From Leucoraja erinacea (Eukaryota), in the NCBI RefSeq assembly GCF_028641065.1, contig NC_073380.1, positions 16,678,001 through 16,742,000 on the forward strand: a stretch of DNA of 64,000 nt. Direction: 5' to 3'. Position numbers and translations under genes: made by a program. Positions 61,901 to 64,000 of this stretch are shown here, piece by piece. A model generated the notes under the pieces. It saw nothing but the letters and a program-made list of their open reading frames with translations. It did no database searches and had not been told where the DNA came from. Within the stretch, counting starts at the first letter, position 1. Each line of letters opens with the position of its first letter.

Positions 61901-63944
61901 TCAGGACACTTTTTGTATGTCCCCCTGCAGAGATGCTGCCTGTCCCGCTGAGTTACTCCAGCATTTTGTGTCTATCCTCAATTTAAACCAGCATCTGCAG
62001 TTCTTTCCTACTCAGTATTAAATAAATTGTTTCCATTTTCCAGAAGCCCAGCTTCTTCAAGCTGCAACAAAATATCTTCAAAAAGAAACCTATCTCTTCA
62101 GTTTAGTTTATTGTCACGCGGTACAGTGAAAACCTTTTGTTGCGTGCTATCCAGTCAGCATAATGATAATACAAGATTACATAATGGAAGTAATGAAGGT
62201 CTTGGTTTACAGGGTGGTGGTGCTGACTCCCCTTTTTTTTTGCACCAATCTGTAATATCCACCAATTTCAGGTTAAGAATATTGAGTCTTCCACCAGCAG
62301 TGCTCGTGTCAAATGAGAAAATCATCTAAAGTAAATACTTGCATCAAAGCCTTACACTTTCAGAATAAGCTCCACTGGATGGGTCAGCATATCCAGATGG
62401 CCAAGAACTGTCTCCTTTGTCAAGTTCTCTTCTTCTAGCTCCCCGTTGACCAATGCTCAATAAGGCAGCCAAGAGAAAATGATACAATTGCATGCTCAAG
62501 GTTGCCCTCAGTCATCGAAGCAGCGACACCAATACTTAGAAAGAGCAAGCTGCTCAGCATGGCACCATCTGGTTCACCAAGGCACATTCCATTTCAATGC
62601 TCCACATCTTGATTCTTGTGCACTTTGCAGTTCCTTGTGTCTCTCAACAACTTGATGCCGTGAGGGAAGCTGACCAGCGACAGCTGCAAGTGATGCTCGA
62701 CCAGGCAGTAATATGCCCCTACTGCCAATGAATATGTGCACCCAGAGTCAAACTCCTCAATCAGCTGAAGACCCACATCAAAAAGAACATAAATGCTATA
62801 ACCTTCAACTTAAGGCAGCAGTCTACATCATCTGCAAGTGCAAATAATAACATCTGTTGACATTGCCCCTGTTCACTACTTCAGTGTGAACCATGGGTGA
62901 ACATAGAGGCAGATGACTGAACTTTTATTGCCTTCCCTCACAGTGGGGAAACGTTGATTCTGCTGTGTGGGGATGTTCATGTTAAATTCTATCATGTGTT
63001 GTGTTCTTTTTATTTATTTGTATGGCTGTATGGCAACCCAAATCTCGCTATACCAATTGGTACAGTGACAATAAATGTAAACTTGAACTTGAACTTATCA
63101 CTTCAAACTACATAGCCTTCACAAATCACAAATCCATGTTGATTTGCCCAAATCAACAGAAAATTTAAGGCATTCCATTTTCCACTACAAATTGAGGAAA
63201 AGGTCTAATTATAGTTGGAATATCTCAAAGCTCTCATCAATGCATTCAAATTAATCCTGGATGAACATCTGGAGATATTACTATGATAATTTTAATCCCA
63301 CTTTTTTTCTCTTATGCTACTCTTGATAAATCCTTGTCCCCTGTTCAATATTCGTTCCTATTAAGCCACAATTAGCCAATGTCTACTATTCATATTGCCC
63401 ATATTCCCATTTTTAACAACTCCACATTTTACAGACTATCTCCCCCCAATATTAAATGGGTTATGAGATTCCTTGCAATATATTTGTATGTTTAATGTTT
63501 GCATTCAATCTTTGAATTTGTACTTCATCCATTCTTGTAGCATTTATTGCCTTGAAGATCTGAGATTTTTTTTGCCTCATTTTAAATCAACATAGAACAA
63601 TGAGTACAGCAAAAGAGCTGTTGGTCATGACATTAAAACTAAATAAAACAGTGCACACTGTGAGTGAACAATAACAATCCAAGAAAGTCAAATATTACAT
63701 ACCTCAAAGCCTTTAACGCGTTGTTTGTTATAGATACACAAGATGTGAGATCTAGATTTTTCAGTTTAGTGCAAAATTTACTAAGGCTGACACAGGTGCT
63801 GCAAAAAAAAAGTCAAAAATATTACTCACCTCACAAATAACACAAATCAATGAAATATAGATACCTTCTACTTACCTATCATTAATTTTTGTGCAACCAT
63901 TGAGATTTAAATCTTCAATATTCTTACAGTTCTGCGCGAAGGTC
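8509..63944 (-). CDS. FBXL2: F-box/LRR-repeat protein 2, partial multi-exon CDS (8 internal exons, LRR region)
   Basis: Spliced exons give TFAQNCKNIEDLNLNGCTKINDSTCVSLSKFCTKLKNLDLTSCVSITNNALKALSEGNRNLEHLNISWCDQVTKDGIEALVGGCSGLKAMFLRGCTQLDDDSLKHIQIHCPELMTLNLQACSQITDEGLVSVCRGCHKLQFLCVSGCGNITDASITALGLNCPRIKILEVARCSHLTDAGFTVLARNCHELEKMDLEECILITDNTLIQLSIHCPRIEAL (661 nt = 1+220 codons, no stops). LDLTSCVSIT, ALGLNCP, CSHLTDAGFT and EECIL match FBXL2 rather than FBXL20 (LDLASCTSIT, ALGQNCP, CSQLTDVGFT, EECVQ), by recall of the human proteins. Confidence 0.93.
9175..9452 (-). mobile_element. V-SINE (HE1-like) nested in a CR1 3' end
   Basis: tttagtttagagatacagcatggaaacag tail, tgggaatgtgggaggaaac core, gggtctctggcgctgtgaggcagc head. 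Confidence 0.85.
10078..11432 (-). mobile_element. Internally deleted Ty3/Gypsy LTR retrotransposon (about 1.35 kb)
   Basis: Direct repeats 10078-10366 and 11174-11432 (minus-strand TG...CA, AATAAA); PBS TGGTGACCCCGAC at 11160-11172; G-rich PPT-like tract 10367-10384; protease remnant FIVADVSQPLLGAVFLR. Confidence 0.9.
11160..11172 (-). promoter_or_regulatory. Primer-binding site complementary to the tRNA-Trp 3' end
   Basis: TGGTGACCCCGAC one base after the LTR-terminal CA; complementary to ...GUCGGGGUCACCA. Confidence 0.85.
11726..11770 (-). CDS. FBXL2: FBXL2 exon, 45 nt (NCHELEKMDLEECIL)
   Basis: tttatcttccag|AAT ... CTG|gtagga; phase 0-0. Confidence 0.95.
11884..12748. mobile_element. 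Tigger/pogo-like non-autonomous element with GC-rich palindromic interior
   Basis: TA|tggtaaaccctcgttataa ... attaaaattagagtttaatg|TA degenerate TIRs; internal inverted repeat 12189-12275 vs 12423-12508. Confidence 0.5.
14510..17130 (-). mobile_element. Long degenerate CR1 ORF2 (endonuclease to 3' UTR)
   Basis: YFNARGLTGKADELRAWIG..WDVV..KESWL, LVGVYYRP, FVKCVQESFLRQ..ATLDLLLGN..GPSDHCSIRF. Confidence 0.88.
17243..17558 (-). mobile_element. 5'-truncated Rex1/Babar-type LINE 3' end with (TGAATC)n tail
   Basis: HPNHGLFTLLPSGRRYRSLRCRTSRSRNSFFPAVTLLN, then catttcgt...aatgacaattaaa and tail. Confidence 0.85.
18025..18085 (-). CDS. FBXL2: FBXL2 exon, 61 nt (ILEVARCSHLTDAGFTVLAR)
   Basis: ttttttttcag|GATC ... 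AGA|gtaagt; phase 2-0. Confidence 0.95.
18983..19330. mobile_element. Inverted pair of Penelope-like termini with hammerhead cores on both strands
   Basis: aactgcagatgctgg...gacccttcttcagact (minus) and cagtctgaagaagggtgatgacccgaaacgtc...ctccagcattttgtatct (plus). Confidence 0.75.
19240..19267 (+). ncRNA. Minimal type-I hammerhead ribozyme-like core
   Basis: CTGAAGA-A-GGGT-gatg-ACCC-GAAA-CGTC; activity untested. Confidence 0.55.
20050..21350 (+). mobile_element. Old CR1 remnant (ORF1 esterase-like part and RT pieces) with a Penelope-like terminus at about 20750-20905
   Basis: agatggtatgttgcctacctgttgccagagtc (RMVCCLPGARV-like) and gtaccaacgac (GTND-like); hammerhead core 20817-20844. Confidence 0.65.
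22097..22382 (+). mobile_element. 5'-truncated GC-rich non-coding retroposon (family of 36727-37592)
   Basis: ttgccttacatcacagtgatcactgtggtggatg hairpin, terminal hairpin, gtgacaataaa and gaactt tail. Confidence 0.7.
22795..23430 (+). mobile_element. Rex1/Babar-type LINE 3' fragment with (TAAAC)n tail
   Basis: ctctacttcc..aaggcttagg (LYFLRRLR-like), catcaggcaagaggtacc (PSGKRY), gtgacaataataaactaa. Confidence 0.8.
24705..24835 (-). CDS. FBXL2: FBXL2 exon, 131 nt (QITDEGLVSVCRGCHKLQFLCVSGCGNITDASITALGLNCPRI)
   Basis: ttttgtttgttgtcgtag|CAA ... ATAAA|gtgagt; phase 0-2. Confidence 0.95.
26203..27173. mobile_element. hAT-type MITE, copy 1 (spans assembly gap)
   Basis: TIRs catgggcggaaatc / gatttccgtccctg; perfect 8-bp TSD cacagaaa at 26195-26202 and 27174-27181. 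Confidence 0.9.
26958..27113. other. Assembly gap (156 N)
   Basis: Run of n. Confidence 1.
27610..29065 (-). mobile_element. Degenerate CR1 ORF2
   Basis: MLPMYKTLVKLYLEYCEQFW, IGLLKDQCAHLCVE...LLVAILRDRIYLHL; tcatctgcaaactt encodes KFADD on minus. Confidence 0.85.
29330..30630 (+). mobile_element. Degenerate CR1 RT to 3' end with nested Rex-like tail and Penelope-like inverted pair (30380-30570)
   Basis: TSGVPQRTVLGP, NTFADNT, QFCLPSCRKDVNKLERMQERFT. Confidence 0.85.
30935..32230 (-). mobile_element. Degenerate CR1 endonuclease region
   Basis: GKQFGTSNHNSISFNIV..VLNWGKGNFDGIRLELAKV. Confidence 0.8.
32825..33240 (+). mobile_element. 5'-truncated GC-rich non-coding retroposon
   Basis: ccttccatcacagctatgtgatgga hairpin, tggacct-ccag-gggtcca hairpin, aatgacaattaaa, (GACTCTT)n tail. 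Confidence 0.75.
33503..33577 (-). CDS. FBXL2: FBXL2 exon, 75 nt (LDDDSLKHIQIHCPELMTLNLQACS)
   Basis: gtttctccaacag|CTC ... TCA|gtgagt; phase 0-0. Confidence 0.95.
33825..34570 (-). mobile_element. CR1 3' fragment
   Basis: Matches the other CR1 3' ends (ctatctatttctctcatgattttatacacctc). Confidence 0.75.
35660..36170. mobile_element. V-SINE fragment (minus) joined to a Rex1/Babar fragment (plus)
   Basis: gaatgtgggaggaaactggag core; VEMVESFKFLSV...HLYFLRRLRKFGMS...FYRCAVESIL. Confidence 0.8.
36365..37880 (+). mobile_element. Penelope-like RT and GIY-YIG fragments, interrupted by the GC-rich retroposon
   Basis: LFVRYVEQSPF, NFHPALKISWTISNTSLPFFDL...DRLSTDIY|YKPYDSHIYLD, CTSSNLIYCIRCCRCKILYIGE. 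Confidence 0.85.
36727..37592 (+). mobile_element. Apparently full-length GC-rich non-coding retroposon (bipartite non-autonomous LINE-like)
   Basis: 5' cggagtggcggcgc, T-rich tract, 12-bp hairpin 36886-36915, GC-rich core, two 3' hairpins, aatgacaataaaa, (CTAT)n tail; TSD atctat 36721-36726 / 37593-37598. Confidence 0.8.
37880..38310 (+). mobile_element. Rex1/Babar-type LINE 3' fragment
   Basis: WFGNSSIQDHKKLQTIV...DESHPGHSLFSPLPSCKRYK. Confidence 0.8.
38460..38786. mobile_element. TTAA-targeting MITE (Kolobok/T2-like)
   Basis: TTAA|gggcctgtcccac ... gtgggacaggccc|TTAA; subterminal actcgggag/ctcccgagt repeats. Confidence 0.85.
38915..39215 (+). mobile_element. V-SINE (HE1-like)
   Basis: gcacagtggcgc...gattcgattctgacc head, ggtatcctcccacattccaaag core, CR1-like tail. 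Confidence 0.85.
40480..41192 (+). mobile_element. Rex1/Babar LINE RT fragment with 3' UTR and (GACTT)n tail
   Basis: TGAPQGCELSPLLYSLYTHDYVAGHGANSIIKFADDTTVVG, WCQHNNLALNTSKTKELIV. Confidence 0.9.
41245..41560 (-). mobile_element. CR1 3' fragment
   Basis: ccattcaatcatggctgatctatct family 3' UTR. Confidence 0.85.
42242..42368 (-). CDS. FBXL2: FBXL2 exon, 127 nt (EGNRNLEHLNISWCDQVTKDGIEALVGGCSGLKAMFLRGCTQ)
   Basis: ttttgcctttcag|TGAG ... CTCAG|gttggt; phase 2-0. Confidence 0.95.
43875..45160. mobile_element. Penelope-like element: inverted terminus with tandem hammerhead cores, GIY-YIG remnant, terminal repeat
   Basis: Two minus-strand cores at 43963-44035; ttccaggtgagacagaggttcacctgcacttcctctaac (FQVRQRFTCTSSN); plus core 45067-45094. 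Confidence 0.8.
44221..44439. mobile_element. hAT-Charlie-like MITE inserted in the Penelope GIY-YIG remnant
   Basis: Right end ggttgggaaccactg; 8-bp TSD ctctaacc 44213-44220 / 44440-44447; left TIR damaged. Confidence 0.7.
45818..46567. mobile_element. hAT-type MITE, copy 2
   Basis: catgggtggaaat ... atttccacccccg; perfect 8-bp TSD attccaac 45810-45817 / 46568-46575; shares gttttgtaatccg..ttttgaaatt.ggtgaaaaaaa with copy 1. Confidence 0.9.
47265..47480. repeat. Decayed ~36-nt minisatellite
   Basis: gcacacctg...ctgaccctgactccag-like units repeated 5-6 times. Confidence 0.55.
49636..50994 (+). mobile_element. Young 5'-truncated L1-clade LINE, antisense to FBXL2
   Basis: Uninterrupted ORF2 C-terminus to 50819 (PNFMYYYWA, QFKIVHRLYYS, CCHC CDKCLAQKATITHSLVSC, AKKLILKFWK), T-rich 3' UTR, poly(A), 10-bp TSD agaagcatga 49626-49635 / 50995-51004. 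Confidence 0.93.
51613..52201. mobile_element. hAT-type MITE with (GGAGTC)n subterminal repeats
   Basis: caggactgtggagt ... actccaccgccctg; 8-bp TSD ctaccaat 51605-51612 / ttaccaat 52202-52209. Confidence 0.85.
54080..54780 (-). mobile_element. Old CR1 RT remnant
   Basis: AAKSSGFDELYP, NGFMKVKSCLTILLAFFEEI; cttatcaaatgccttt encodes KAFDK on minus. Confidence 0.75.
55115..56910. mobile_element. Nested cluster: CR1 RT/3' fragment (plus) with Penelope-like termini, containing the Vingi insertion
   Basis: ccaagtttgcggatga (KFAD), LEYKSKDVMLRLYQELVKPHLEYCAQFWAPYLRKD; Penelope termini 55115-55290, 55552-55612, 56430-56540. Confidence 0.8.
55613..56424 (-). mobile_element. Vingi (Ingi-related) LINE 3' fragment with (GAA)n tail
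   Basis: KAKVNTRNNILRKL...TALALCFSTAEY...ALNDTCRIITGC...LAGIAP/PHIRR...RLKSR...WKTLNRLR...CSCGAVQTMSHLLEC; one frameshift near 56140; possible TSD agact. Confidence 0.8.
60733..61709 (+). mobile_element. Apparently full-length GC-rich non-coding retroposon, second copy, with CR1 insertion
   Basis: ccggaagtggcggcgc, T-rich tract, split hairpin, GC core, ccatcacagtgag...ctcactgtgatg, ttcagact-gaaa-agtctgaa, aatgacaataaa, (TTTAC)n tail; flanking taattt. Confidence 0.8.
60912..61091 (-). mobile_element. Short CR1 3' fragment
   Basis: tagaaacatagaaattaggtgcaggagtaggccattcggcccttcgagcc, reverse complement of the 6308-6477 family. Confidence 0.9.
61830..62012. mobile_element. Penelope-like inverted terminal pair
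   Basis: gagatgctgcctgtcccgctgagttactccagcattttgtgtct with degenerate inverted copy upstream. Confidence 0.65.
62330..62870. mobile_element. Old RTE-like remnants
   Basis: tgcccctactgccaatgaatatgtgcacccagagtc...acccac (CPxCxxxC..H motif, plus) inside minus-strand RT-like sequence (LADD). Confidence 0.5.
62905..63096 (+). mobile_element. 3' end of the GC-rich retroposon family
   Basis: ttgccttccctcacag...ctgtgtgggga hairpin, terminal hairpin, gtgacaataaa, (AACTTG)n tail. Confidence 0.7.
63703..63798 (-). CDS. FBXL2: FBXL2 exon, 96 nt (TCVSLSKFCTKLKNLDLTSCVSITNNALKAL)
   Basis: tttttttttgcag|CACC ... TTGAG|gtatg; phase 2-2; preceded by a 77-nt intron. Confidence 0.95.
63876..63944 (-). CDS. 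FBXL2: FBXL2 exon, 69 nt (TFAQNCKNIEDLNLNGCTKIND)
   Basis: ttgtttttgccttcag|GACC ... GATAG|gtaag; phase 2-2. Confidence 0.95.
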
Positions 63945-64000
63945 CTGAAGGCAAAAACAAGTAGATTCAATTTACAAAATAAATAATGAGAAAATCATAA

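Noticed and set aside
8509-63944. Assignment to paralogue FBXL20
   Set aside because: Several diagnostic motifs favour FBXL2; synteny or a gene tree would settle it

Overview
Eukaryotic, repeat-dense genomic DNA, most likely from a cartilaginous fish (skate/ray-type HE1-like SINEs, CR1/HER1-like LINE tails; organism call is inference). The whole window lies inside one minus-strand gene: eight GT-AG, phase-compatible exons (661 nt, 63944 to 8509) splice into the cysteine-containing LRR region of FBXL2. The F-box exons lie right of the window and the C-terminal exons left of it. The introns are filled with nested transposable elements: CR1, Rex1/Babar, Penelope-like, RTE and Vingi LINEs, a young L1-clade 3' fragment, tRNA-derived V-SINEs, a DD34E Tc1, a deleted Gypsy LTR element and several hAT/TTAA/Tigger-type MITEs. 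The most notable non-obvious signals are (1) a GC-rich, non-coding retroposon family with three hairpins showing compensatory changes and a cUUCGg/GAAA tetraloop swap, (2) many minimal hammerhead-ribozyme cores in Penelope-like termini, including a tandem pair, and (3) hAT MITEs carrying variable captured cargo. Nearly all ORFs in the supplied track are TE remnants or chance ORFs. No prokaryote-type system is present. TE boundaries without a stated TSD/TIR are approximate.
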